NCBI GenBank assembly: GCA_038046605.1
Contig: JBBSVW010000078.1
Coordinates: forward strand, 1 to 30,576
Origin: Candidatus Micrarchaeota archaeon
GTDB lineage: Archaea > Micrarchaeota > Micrarchaeia > Norongarragalinales > SBBD01
Length of the DNA: 30,576 nt
Reading direction: 5' to 3'
Shown: positions 1-8,996 of the stretch, piece by piece
Numbering within the stretch: position 1 is the first letter of the stretch
Layout: each line of letters begins with the position of its first letter
The notes under the pieces: generated by a model
What the model saw: only the letters and a program-made list of their open reading frames with translations
Told to the model about the DNA's origin: nothing
The model's database searches: none
Made by a program: the position numbers and the translations under genes

Positions 1-27
1 CCCAAGACATGTACTACAATAAGAAGT

Positions 28-303
28 TCAAATATATAAGTCTTTGCCTATAAATGCCGTTATTTTCCCATTCGAAATTGTCACTTCATCGCCATTTAGG
101 CATTCGGTCTCGTTATTGATATTTTTACGAAATTCTCCATCAGGCGTAGTATAACAAAGTCTTTGCATCATTGCCTGCTCTAGGGTCAATTCGTCAGTAA
201 AATTTTTTTTACCAGCATATGTTAAATAGCCTATTACGATGATTATTAATATAAGACAAAAAAGCGCAATTTTCATTATTAAAGAAACCATATGAATCTG
301 CAA
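28..303 (-). CDS. Small hypothetical membrane-anchored protein
   Basis: 91-aa ORF with an N-terminal hydrophobic helix (IALFCLILIIIVIGY) and a short domain with 2 Cys. AT-rich; the true start may be a downstream Met. Confidence 0.55.
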   Translation of the reverse strand: MQIHMVSLIMKIALFCLILIIIVIGYLTYAGKKNFTDELTLEQAMMQRLCYTTPDGEFRKNINNETECLNGDEVTISNGKITAFIGKDLYI

Positions 304-351
304 TTGCTTATCTTTTCGCTTTTATTAAACTAATAGTTTTGCTCTAATACC

Positions 352-579
352 TCACGCTTCCACGATGTACGCATATGCGATTATGAAATTGGCGACCCCA
401 AGGAACCAGTGCACGGAAAGCGCAAGAATGGCGCTTATGAATGCCATGAACATCAAGTAATCCTGCTTGCACGCCTTATTCCAACTCCTTGATTGAAATT
501 TATGCGGAAAAATATATGTGAGTATCCGTTTTGCCTGGTGGCCCTTCTTGCCAATTATTTTCCAGCCAATTTCCAGCAT
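352..579 (-). CDS. Possible small membrane protein (start uncertain)
   Basis: The C-terminal ~35 aa (LMFMAFISAILALSVHWFLGVANFIIAYAYIVEA) look like a hydrophobic hairpin. The N-terminal half may be non-coding. Confidence 0.35.
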   Translation of the reverse strand: MLEIGWKIIGKKGHQAKRILTYIFPHKFQSRSWNKACKQDYLMFMAFISAILALSVHWFLGVANFIIAYAYIVEA

Positions 580-851
580 TTTGCATGTGCAGTTTTCCTA
601 TTTTGCTCCAATCCGCGCTTAATAATTCTTCCGGATTGCCTAAAAATGGGGAATTGGGGATTTTATTTCCGAGGGAAAAGGGTCGGTTGCAATAATTCAT
701 CAATTAGTATTTTGGCATATTCCAAATTCCTCATTTTGGCGCCTTTTTACGTGGTTTTTCCGCAAAAAATTCCGTGTTTTCCCACTCCAAAACCCCCTAT
801 TTGTGCTTTCCCCCGTATAAATTTTGGAATAAGCAGGGAAACCTTCCTTAT

Positions 852-868
852 GCAAAAGTATTTAAATA
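852..868 (+). promoter_or_regulatory. Putative BRE/TATA promoter for ftsZ
   Basis: Purine-rich GCAAAAG followed by TTTAAATA (861-868), about 70 nt upstream of the ftsZ ATG. Confidence 0.5.
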
Positions 869-938
869 TGGCACGGATATTTGTTGATGTTAAAAAAATT
901 TCTAAAAAACCCAAAGGTTTAGCGATGAGGCGATAAGT

Positions 939-2006
939 ATGGAGAGCATTATCAAATCCGCCCTGTCTGGAAACAGCGGCACCGGCGTTAGGAACGATGA
1001 ATTTGACCACATCCGGATTTCCGTTATCGGAGTAGGCGGAAGTGGAAACAACACCGTTAACAGGCTCAAGAAGCTTGGAGTGAAAGGCGCGGACCTAATA
1101 GCTTGCAACACCGACCGCCAGCACCTGAACATCGTTGAGGAGGGTGTCAAGAAATTCCTGATTGGAAAATCAATCACAAAAGGCCTTGGGGCAGGCGGTT
1201 ACCCGGAAGTGGGGGCCAAGTGCGCCGAGATGGATAGGGAGCAAATTAAGAAGGAACTTGAAGGGTCGCACCTCGTATTCGTTTGCGCGGGCATGGGCGG
1301 GGGCACCGGCACTGGCGCAGCGCCAATCATTGCTGAAGTCGCAAAGGAAATGGGCGCAATTGTCGTAGCCATGGTTACCTATCCATTCGCCTTGGAAAGG
1401 GCGCGTGTAGTAAAGGCGGAGGAAGGCATCTCCAAGCTTCGCGGTGTTGCGGATTCCGTAATCATACTTGACAATAACCGGCTTGTGCAAATCGTGCCAA
1501 ACCTGCCCATGAACCAGGCGTTCCTTGTTGCCGATGAAATTTTGGCAAAGGCAATCGGGGGCCTTGTTTTCACAATTACCCAGCCATCCCTTGTAAACAT
1601 CGATTTTGCGGATGTCCGCTCGATCATGGGCCAGGGGGATGTTGGGATGATCGCTGTAGGCTCTGGAAAAGGGCCAAACAAGGTGGATGATGCGGTCGAA
1701 GGCGTTCTCAAAAACCGCCTTCTTGATGTTGATTTTGCAGGCGCAAGGGGCGCACTAATCCACATCGCAGGTGGATCCGACCTGACATTGGGGGATGCGA
1801 TACGCGCTGGCGAACGCATAACCGAGCAGATGGATGCAAAGGCGTCGGTCAAATGGGGCGCAAGGCTTCTTCCTGACTATGACGGAAAACTTGAAATCGT
1901 GGCAATCATTACGGGCGTTACATCCCCCCACATTGTTGGAAGGGAATTTTTGAAAAAGCAGCAGCCCCAAAGGGAGGCTGGCTACGATATTGAAGTCATA
2001 GGATGA
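939..2006 (+). CDS. ftsZ: Cell division GTPase FtsZ (FtsZ2-type), copy A
   Basis: GVGGSGNN, GLGAGG, GMGGGTGTG tubulin signature and T7 loop NIDFAD. DNNRL, PNLP and PSL motifs resemble archaeal FtsZ2. Confidence 0.97.
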   Translation: MESIIKSALSGNSGTGVRNDEFDHIRISVIGVGGSGNNTVNRLKKLGVKGADLIACNTDRQHLNIVEEGVKKFLIGKSITKGLGAGGYPEVGAKCAEMDREQIKKELEGSHLVFVCAGMGGGTGTGAAPIIAEVAKEMGAIVVAMVTYPFALERARVVKAEEGISKLRGVADSVIILDNNRLVQIVPNLPMNQAFLVADEILAKAIGGLVFTITQPSLVNIDFADVRSIMGQGDVGMIAVGSGKGPNKVDDAVEGVLKNRLLDVDFAGARGALIHIAGGSDLTLGDAIRAGERITEQMDAKASVKWGARLLPDYDGKLEIVAIITGVTSPHIVGREFLKKQQPQREAGYDIEVIG

Positions 2007-2202
2007 ATTTGCGAGTAGGAATTGGACTGGTGGGGGGTCATTTTCCCCTTCAACATTCTTTTTCCTTTTCCCGCAAAATCGTTTTTCCCCTTTCTTTTGG
2101 AAGGTTTTTTCACCGCAAGTTTGCAGCAAATTGCTGTGTTCACCCATCACGTTTTTCCTCGTTGGAGGCGCTGGCATACGCTATGCTTATACCCTAAGTT
2201 TT

Positions 2203-2229
2203 GATGAACCTTTTGTTAAAAGGTTCGTT
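2203..2229 (+). other. 12-bp hairpin upstream of the second ftsZ RBS
   Basis: GATGAACCTTTT-GTT-AAAAGGTTCGTT inverted repeat, followed by a GGAGGAG Shine-Dalgarno. Confidence 0.5.
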
Positions 2230-2255
2230 CGGTAACCCACCGGAGGAGATGCGAT

Positions 2256-3335
2256 ATGGATAGTTTAATTGCAGACGCACTCAAGTATAGTGCGCACGAG
2301 AAGCTTCCTGAGGAAGCCTCGAAAGGCTACGCCCCAGCGAAGCTGAAGATCATGGTTGTTGGAGTTGGAGGGGCAGGCACAAACTGCGTTTCGAGGCTCA
2401 GTAAAATGGGCATCACAAGCGCGGAAACAATTGCCATCAACACCGATGCAAACCACCTCAAGATGGTGGAGGCAAACAAGAGGATCCTGATTGGCGCTTC
2501 CATGACAAAGGGCCTTGGAGCCGGTGGATTCCCGGAGGTAGGCGCAAAGGCGGCTGAAAGCGCGCGCGAAAAGCTTGCGGAAATATTAAAGGATGCCGAA
2601 TTGGTTTTCATAACCGCAGGCATGGGCGGGGGCACCGGCACTGGCGCTGCGCCAATAGTTGCGCAAATAGCCAAGCAGCAGGGCGCAATCACCGTCGGAA
2701 TGGTCACATTCCCATTCGCGCTCGAGCGGGCAAGGATGGAAAAGGCGGACTGGGGCCTAGAGCAGCTCTCCAAGGTATGTGACACCGTTGTAATCATCGA
2801 CAACAACCGGCTTGTGAAGTTCGTGCCAAACCTTCCAATGAACCAGGCGTTTGCAGTTGCCGACACACTGGTAGCAAAGGCGGTCAAGGGCATTGCGGAT
2901 ACCGTAATGCTCCCATCCCTCATGAACATTGATTTTGCGGACCTACGCATGATCATGGGCAATGCAGGGACGGCCATGATTTCCATCGGGGAGGCATCCG
3001 GAACCGACCGCGTGAACCAGGCTATCCAATCAACGCTCGAGCATCCGCTTCTTGAGGTCGACTATGTCGGATCCAAAGGCGCGCTCATCCTGATCAACGG
3101 CGGCCCACAGATGACTCTTGGGGAAGCTGTAAAGATAGGCGAAGGGATCACAAATGCGTTTGATTCCCGTGCATACGTCAAATGGGGCGCAAGGATTTCT
3201 CCAGACCTTGGGGATAAGATCATCGTGACCGCAGTTGTTACCGGAGTCACATCGCCAAATGTGATGAAGCACGAGTCGGTAAAGAAGGCTGCAACCAAGG
3301 AAGGGATCGGATTGGAGAATGTCAGCTACATCTGA
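2256..3335 (+). CDS. ftsZ: Cell division GTPase FtsZ (FtsZ2-type), copy B
   Basis: GVGGAG, GLGAGG, GMGGGTGTG, DNNRL and NIDFAD motifs; strong GGAGG RBS. Confidence 0.97.
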   Translation: MDSLIADALKYSAHEKLPEEASKGYAPAKLKIMVVGVGGAGTNCVSRLSKMGITSAETIAINTDANHLKMVEANKRILIGASMTKGLGAGGFPEVGAKAAESAREKLAEILKDAELVFITAGMGGGTGTGAAPIVAQIAKQQGAITVGMVTFPFALERARMEKADWGLEQLSKVCDTVVIIDNNRLVKFVPNLPMNQAFAVADTLVAKAVKGIADTVMLPSLMNIDFADLRMIMGNAGTAMISIGEASGTDRVNQAIQSTLEHPLLEVDYVGSKGALILINGGPQMTLGEAVKIGEGITNAFDSRAYVKWGARISPDLGDKIIVTAVVTGVTSPNVMKHESVKKAATKEGIGLENVSYI

Positions 3336-3385
3336 TCTTTTCCTTTCCTTTTTTATTCTTTTTTTATTTTTTTGGACTTTTTTCT
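3336..3385 (+). terminator. Oligo-T terminator
   Basis: Several T4-T7 runs directly after the ftsZ stop. Confidence 0.6.
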
Positions 3386-3471
3386 AATTATTTAAGTTAT
3401 TAATCTGCCGGTGGTTACGTTTACTAATTCAAATAATTAGATTTCTTAATTGGATCCGCAAAATCACTATG

Positions 3472-3479
3472 TTTATATA
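3472..3479 (+). promoter_or_regulatory. TATA box of the surface protein gene
   Basis: TTTATATA about 45 nt upstream of ATG 3525; GAGGTTGA RBS. Confidence 0.55.
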
Positions 3480-3524
3480 GGGATCAAATGTAACAATTTA
3501 GATATTTATTTTGAGGTTGATTAG

Positions 3525-6500
3525 ATGAATAAGCTCTTCGTTCTTGCATTCCTTCTTGTTGCCCTCTCCTCCAATATTTCCGCAGCAGCGTTTAATGCAT
3601 TCACCGCAACTCCGGGGGTATCAACTGCCAATGCGTCCACTTTTTACAACCTCACCATAAACGTCTCTTCACTTACCAATATGTCTAATATCTCCATCGC
3701 TTTCCCCACAGGGTTTTTCATCGCCGGCGCTTCCGTCACTTCCGGTTCCGTTAACTTCTCAAATGGAACCACCTTGATCTCCGGCCAGAATCTCACCTAT
3801 AATCTGAACCAGTCTTCAGTAATACTTGCCGCACAGAACTTTTCCATCGGAATATCGGGCGTATTTAATCCTTCTGGGGCAGTTTTCCAAACTTTGAATG
3901 CCGTCACCTACAACAGCACGAACACTTCCACCTTCACCACCATGGATTCCGGCACCGGAAATACGACGATAACGGCTGGCGCGATTGAAAAAATGAACAT
4001 GACTAACTTATTTCCCGTTACCACTTCTGGCAACACTTATACTATAATAGTTACAGGTACGGATCGTTATGGAAATCTCAACAACACCGGAGGCTTCAAC
4101 GTTTCCAGCAGCAACACTTCCGTCTCCGCCAACACCACCGGCGGACCCACTTCCTTCACCTTCAATGCTGTGCAAGCCGGCAACACCACCCTCACATTCC
4201 AGGCTTATGGCAACTTCTCCGTCACCAACAACACCAACTCCTCCGTGATCGCCGCTGCAATACAAAGAATCGAGCTTTCCAATTTATTCCCCGTCACCAC
4301 TTCCGGCAGCACTTACTCCATTACAGTAACCGGCAGGGACTTGAACAGCAACGCCAATAATTCATTAGGTTTCAATGTCAGCAGCAGCAACACCTCCATC
4401 TCAGCAAACACAACAGCAGCTTCACCCTTCACTTTCAATGCAGTCCTCTCTGGCAATACCACATTAACATTCCAGGCTTACGGCAACTTCTCAGCTACAA
4501 ACAACACCAACTCCTCCGTACTAGTAGGCGCCATCACCAACCTCAGGCTTTCACCGCTATTCCCTGCTACTGCGTCCGGCAATACCTACGTAATTACCGT
4601 CACCGGCGTGGACATCAACGGCAACACCAACAACACCGGAGGCTACAACGTCAGCATAAGCAATTCCACGGTTTCCACGCTTGCTTCAAACACTTCCACC
4701 GCGTTCACGTTCAATTCGCTCGTAATTGGAAATACCAGCCTTACCTTCCTTTCTTTGGCAAATGTATCCGCTTCAAACAACACAAATGCTTCCGTGACCG
4801 CTGGCAATCTAATTAAAATCGAGCTCTCTCCACTCTTTCCCGTCACCACTTCAGGCAGCGCCTACACCATCACGGTCACTGGCAGAGACGTGAACGGCAA
4901 TTTGAACAACACCGGCGGCTTCAACGTTTCAAGCAGCAACACATCGGTTTCAATAAATACCACTAGCGGAACTTCATTCACTTTCAACGCCCTCTTGGCA
5001 GGGAACACCACATTAACATTCCAGGCTTACGGCAACTTCTCAGCTACAAACAACACCAACTCCTCCGTACTAGTAGGCGCCATCACCAACCTCAGGCTTT
5101 CACCGCTATTCCCTGCTACTGCGTCCGGCAATACCTACGTAATTACCGTCACCGGCGTGGACATCAACGGCAACACCAACAACACCGGAGGCTACAACGT
5201 CAGCATAAGCAATTCCACGGTTTCCACGCTTGCTTCAAACACTTCCACCGCGTTCACGTTCAATTCGCTCGTAATTGGAAATACCAGCCTTACCTTCCTT
5301 TCTTTGGCAAATGTATCCGCTTCAAACAACACAAATGCTTCCGTGACCGCAGGTCAACCAGTGAGAGCTGAAATAACCCCTCTTTTCCCAGTAAACACTT
5401 CGGGCGGATTGTTCACATTCACAATTACTGGTAGAGATATAAACGGGAATACGAACAACACTGGTGGCTTCATTTTCAGTGTTGGAAATAGCTCCATATT
5501 GATTCTGTCCACGAATACATCAACTTCCGCAATCTACAACGCCTCAGCCGCAGGCAACTCCTCGTTTAGCATCACTTCAGTTGCCAACTCTTCAGTGACG
5601 AATTCGACTAACGCTTCCGTAATAGCAGGCACTGTGACTAAGATATTGCTTACCCCCCAAGCACCTGCATTAACTGTCGGCGCCAGCCAGCAATTCACGG
5701 CTGTTGCATTGGATGTTAATGGGAACACCAACACTACCGTCACCATCACTTGGGCAATAGTGAACCTGACTGCTAACGCTTCAATAAATTCAAGCGGTTT
5801 CCTGACAAATAATTCTAACGCTGGAATCATTACCGTTAATGCCTCATATGTAACAATTGTCAATGTGACAAATGCAACATATAGTGCTGCTGCAACCCCA
5901 ACTCCAACGCCAGTTTCTTCTGGTGGTGGAGGAACTGGAGGAAATCCTGGTGCTGGCTCAACTCCAACTCCAACGCCTACTGCTACTCCAACACCTTCGG
6001 CTGAACCACTCCCTACTGCGCCCAAAACCATCATTGTAGATGAGCACACGGCAGTAACCGGAACATTCACACCAACCAGCGGAAAAATTGAGATCGTATT
6101 CAACGGCGGAAAGAACGGCTTTATAGGAGAATTGGAGCAAAAAATGCCCTTCGATTATGCCGACTATGTGGCGGGCAAGATCAAGATTTCACCCAAGCCA
6201 AAATCAGTCAAGAAGGGAAGCATAATTGCCATTTGGGATATCAATCTAAAGGCCAACCAGGACTTTAAGGCAACATTTGATGTTTCAAAGCCAATTGCGC
6301 CATCGCTCTTAAGCCAAATCGCCGCTCCAAAGACCACGCTAGCAAAACCCTCCTTGAAGCCAACAACCACTCCATCGCCTACGCCGACATCCGCGCCCAC
6401 ATATGTGCCAATTGCTCCAAAAGCAGGTGGAAACGATTACACCGGCTACATCCTGCTATTCATTGTGCTGCTTTTGGTTGCGGGATACCTCTGGAACGCA

Positions 6501-6530
6501 AACCAGGAGCAAAAGCGCCACAAGCTTTAG
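3525..6530 (+). CDS. Large surface glycoprotein/adhesin with tandem Ig-like repeats and C-terminal TM anchor
   Basis: Signal peptide; about seven ~91-aa beta-rich repeats (LFPxTxSG...TGxDxNGN); dense N-x-S/T sequons; Pro/Thr linkers; C-terminal TM helix with basic tail. Confidence 0.85.
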   Translation: MNKLFVLAFLLVALSSNISAAAFNAFTATPGVSTANASTFYNLTINVSSLTNMSNISIAFPTGFFIAGASVTSGSVNFSNGTTLISGQNLTYNLNQSSVILAAQNFSIGISGVFNPSGAVFQTLNAVTYNSTNTSTFTTMDSGTGNTTITAGAIEKMNMTNLFPVTTSGNTYTIIVTGTDRYGNLNNTGGFNVSSSNTSVSANTTGGPTSFTFNAVQAGNTTLTFQAYGNFSVTNNTNSSVIAAAIQRIELSNLFPVTTSGSTYSITVTGRDLNSNANNSLGFNVSSSNTSISANTTAASPFTFNAVLSGNTTLTFQAYGNFSATNNTNSSVLVGAITNLRLSPLFPATASGNTYVITVTGVDINGNTNNTGGYNVSISNSTVSTLASNTSTAFTFNSLVIGNTSLTFLSLANVSASNNTNASVTAGNLIKIELSPLFPVTTSGSAYTITVTGRDVNGNLNNTGGFNVSSSNTSVSINTTSGTSFTFNALLAGNTTLTFQAYGNFSATNNTNSSVLVGAITNLRLSPLFPATASGNTYVITVTGVDINGNTNNTGGYNVSISNSTVSTLASNTSTAFTFNSLVIGNTSLTFLSLANVSASNNTNASVTAGQPVRAEITPLFPVNTSGGLFTFTITGRDINGNTNNTGGFIFSVGNSSILILSTNTSTSAIYNASAAGNSSFSITSVANSSVTNSTNASVIAGTVTKILLTPQAPALTVGASQQFTAVALDVNGNTNTTVTITWAIVNLTANASINSSGFLTNNSNAGIITVNASYVTIVNVTNATYSAAATPTPTPVSSGGGGTGGNPGAGSTPTPTPTATPTPSAEPLPTAPKTIIVDEHTAVTGTFTPTSGKIEIVFNGGKNGFIGELEQKMPFDYADYVAGKIKISPKPKSVKKGSIIAIWDINLKANQDFKATFDVSKPIAPSLLSQIAAPKTTLAKPSLKPTTTPSPTPTSAPTYVPIAPKAGGNDYTGYILLFIVLLLVAGYLWNANQEQKRHKL
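4458..5350 (+). repeat. Exact 344-bp intragenic direct repeat (4458-4801 = 5007-5350)
   Basis: Identical by direct reading; offset 549 nt (183 codons, two repeat units). Confidence 0.9.
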
Positions 6531-6749
6531 AGGCCTTTTTCCCTTTTCTTTTATTTTAATTAGCGCAAGCACGGTGTGCGGTCAATTCCTTCACAAATGG
6601 CCCATATCAATGGCTGTTTTCCCCCATTTTGCGGTGCACAACCTATAGTGCTTGGGCGATGCATTTTACTCAAGCAAATCGATAGCTATTTATATGGCGG
6701 TAAATTTAACTCGTATCCACAATAGTTTATATCCAGAAAAGGTGTTATC

Positions 6750-8591
6750 ATGAATATTATAAAAAATCTTATTTTGTCCATTGCTTTGGTGGCACTGCTT
6801 TCCGTTAATGCATATGCTGATGATAATTCTGGCCTTAGGGTCCGCAGCCCAATTGATGGCGGCGGAGCTTGCACGTTGGATTACAATCCCGTTTGCGGCG
6901 CTGACGGGATAACTTATAGCAACCAATGCACGGCAAGGTCAGCTGGCGCTAAAATAGCATACAAGGGCGAGTGCGGAACTCTTCTAACCGAAGCGCAGAA
7001 ATGCCGCGCACTTGAAAGTGCATCCGAAAAGGCCGCATGCCTTCGGAAAATTGGCGCAAATGACGATGATTCCACTCCATTTAGGGACTGCAAAAAACTT
7101 GACGATGATGAAAGGGAAAAATGCTATGCGGGAATAAAGGAAAACATACGTTCGACCCTTCCAGCAATCAAGCTAAGGGAATGCGCAAATGCCGATAACG
7201 AGAAAGATAGGCTCGAATGCAGGAAAAAAGCCGCTATGCTGGGCGGGGGCAAGATAACGGAAAAATGCGACGATTATTCCGATCCGGAGGATAAGCGTGT
7301 TTGCATAATTGCCCTTCGCGAGGATGTCGAAGAGCGCGTGGAAGTGAAGGCAACTGCTTTTGCCTGCGCAAAGAAATTTGAAAATGATGAGGCTGGCAAA
7401 ATTGCCTGCCTTGCAAAACTAAACGTGGAACTTGCCGACATGCGAATGGATTGCCAGGTGTATTCGGATAGCCCCGAATTGCAGGAACGATGCCGTGTAT
7501 GCGATGCCATGACTGAAAACCTTCCCGCAAGGGCGTCTTGTGTTTCCCGCATGAAGGAGTGCCGGGAGGATTTTGATGAGGCTGGAAACAAAACAGATAA
7601 TAACGGAACAATCGATTTGCGCGCGTGCCTAATGGATCTTAAGCAGGATGATGAGCGCGAAAATCGCTGCAAGAATGTCGAAACGCCCCTTCTGAAGGCG
7701 CAATGCCTAGGCAAGGAATACGGCCTTGGCAATCTCAAGGCTTGCGACGATGAAAAAGGTTTTGACAAGTCCAGGTGCCAGGGGGAATTGAAGGAAAAAG
7801 TCAAGGGTTACATCCAATCAAACTTCCGAAGGATTTTGAATGCCATAGAAAATTTGGAATCAAATGGGTATTTGACTCAGGATGAGCTAACTGCCTTTAA
7901 AACCTATGTTTCCCAAAAGCAAACCGAGTTCGATGCAGCCTCTACCCCCTCCGAAAAGCGCGCAATCATCAAGGAGGTTATTGCAAAATGGGATGAATTC
8001 CGCGAGAACAAGGTTTTCAAGTTCCACCTGAAAAATATTCTTAAGCGCATTGAAGTTGTTAGGAAGCACATTTCAAAATTAAAGGATTTGAGTGCGAAAT
8101 TAAATGAAAGCGGTACGGACACCGCAAAGCTTGATTCCGCAATCGCAAAGCTGGAAATTGAACTAGGTAAGGTTAAGGATTCGTCTACATTCCGCGAAGC
8201 CAAATGGCGCCTAAACAGCATCACCCTTTGGCTTGCGCATATCAAGCGCGTTCTTGCCTTTATACGAGAAGGTAGGCCAGTTGACATTCCGGATCCAACC
8301 ATTGGGCCTTTCCCAACTCCGGAGCCATCCGCAACTTCTACTCCAAGCGCAACCGCAACGCCTAGCGCAACTCCTACCGCAACAGTTTCGCCCTCGCCAT
8401 CAGTGGAGGCTTCCCCCACAACGACTCCATCCCCAAGCGCATCGGTTGAGGCTAGCGCTTCTCCATCGCCAACAGTTTTGGCATCCCCTTCAGCCGAGCC
8501 ATCTCCCAGCCCCTCTCCAGAGGCATCGCCCTCCCCAACAGCAACTCCCGCGCCAACCCCAAGCCCTTCAGTTCCTGCAAATTCAAGCTAA
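6750..8591 (+). CDS. Secreted protein with Kazal-type inhibitor domain, Cys-paired helical repeats, coiled coil and Pro/Ser/Thr tail
   Basis: Signal peptide; Kazal motif CTLDYNPVCGADGITYSNQC...YKGEC; about ten C-x(10-13)-C units; PSPS/PTAT low-complexity C-terminus. Confidence 0.85.
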   Translation: MNIIKNLILSIALVALLSVNAYADDNSGLRVRSPIDGGGACTLDYNPVCGADGITYSNQCTARSAGAKIAYKGECGTLLTEAQKCRALESASEKAACLRKIGANDDDSTPFRDCKKLDDDEREKCYAGIKENIRSTLPAIKLRECANADNEKDRLECRKKAAMLGGGKITEKCDDYSDPEDKRVCIIALREDVEERVEVKATAFACAKKFENDEAGKIACLAKLNVELADMRMDCQVYSDSPELQERCRVCDAMTENLPARASCVSRMKECREDFDEAGNKTDNNGTIDLRACLMDLKQDDERENRCKNVETPLLKAQCLGKEYGLGNLKACDDEKGFDKSRCQGELKEKVKGYIQSNFRRILNAIENLESNGYLTQDELTAFKTYVSQKQTEFDAASTPSEKRAIIKEVIAKWDEFRENKVFKFHLKNILKRIEVVRKHISKLKDLSAKLNESGTDTAKLDSAIAKLEIELGKVKDSSTFREAKWRLNSITLWLAHIKRVLAFIREGRPVDIPDPTIGPFPTPEPSATSTPSATATPSATPTATVSPSPSVEASPTTTPSPSASVEASASPSPTVLASPSAEPSPSPSPEASPSPTATPAPTPSPSVPANSS

Positions 8592-8604
8592 ATGGTGAAA
8601 AACT

Positions 8605-8862
8605 ATGAAAACAATATTATTCGCTTTGATAATTTCCGCAGTATTGCTTTTCGGCTGCCTTGGAGGAGGCGCCCAACCTTCGGCTACGCCTTCAACCCTG
8701 CCCTCGCCCGCAGCCATAACCGGTGCGGTCGTCGTTGGTCCCGAATATGATGCGGCAGTTGATGATGCGGGCAAGCAGATTGCTGATATCAACCAGCTAA
8801 CAAACGATATCGGCCAATCGCAGGTTGCAATTACCGATGATGAATTGAATGCGCTGGGATAA
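8605..8862 (+). CDS. Small putative lipoprotein
   Basis: MK plus hydrophobic stretch plus LLFGC lipobox-like motif; GGTGA RBS; 13 nt after the previous stop. Confidence 0.75.
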   Translation: MKTILFALIISAVLLFGCLGGGAQPSATPSTLPSPAAITGAVVVGPEYDAAVDDAGKQIADINQLTNDIGQSQVAITDDELNALG

Positions 8863-8892
8863 AGGATAAATGTTCCCCCCCGCCCAAAGCCA

Positions 8893-8996
8893 TGCCCCCT
8901 GCCGATTCAGTTGAATCGGGGGGCAAAGCCCACAAAAATTAATTTTCCCTTGCAATAGCAATTTATTGCAAAGGCAAAACCCACAAAAAAATTAAT
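8893..8996. repeat. Two hairpins each followed by the same GGCAAA(G/A)CCCACAAAAA(AA)TTAAT motif
   Basis: Imperfect direct repeats at 8922-8943 and 8973-8996, each overlapping the 3' arm of a different stem-loop. Confidence 0.6.

Noticed and set aside
493-936. 147-aa + strand ORF, and a possible cdrS upstream of ftsZ
   Set aside because: It runs through low-complexity promoter DNA, with no RHH pattern or credible start.
4458-5350. CRISPR or DGR interpretation of the repeats
   Set aside because: They are in-frame coding repeats with no spacers, no adenine-specific mismatches and no reverse transcriptase or cas genes.
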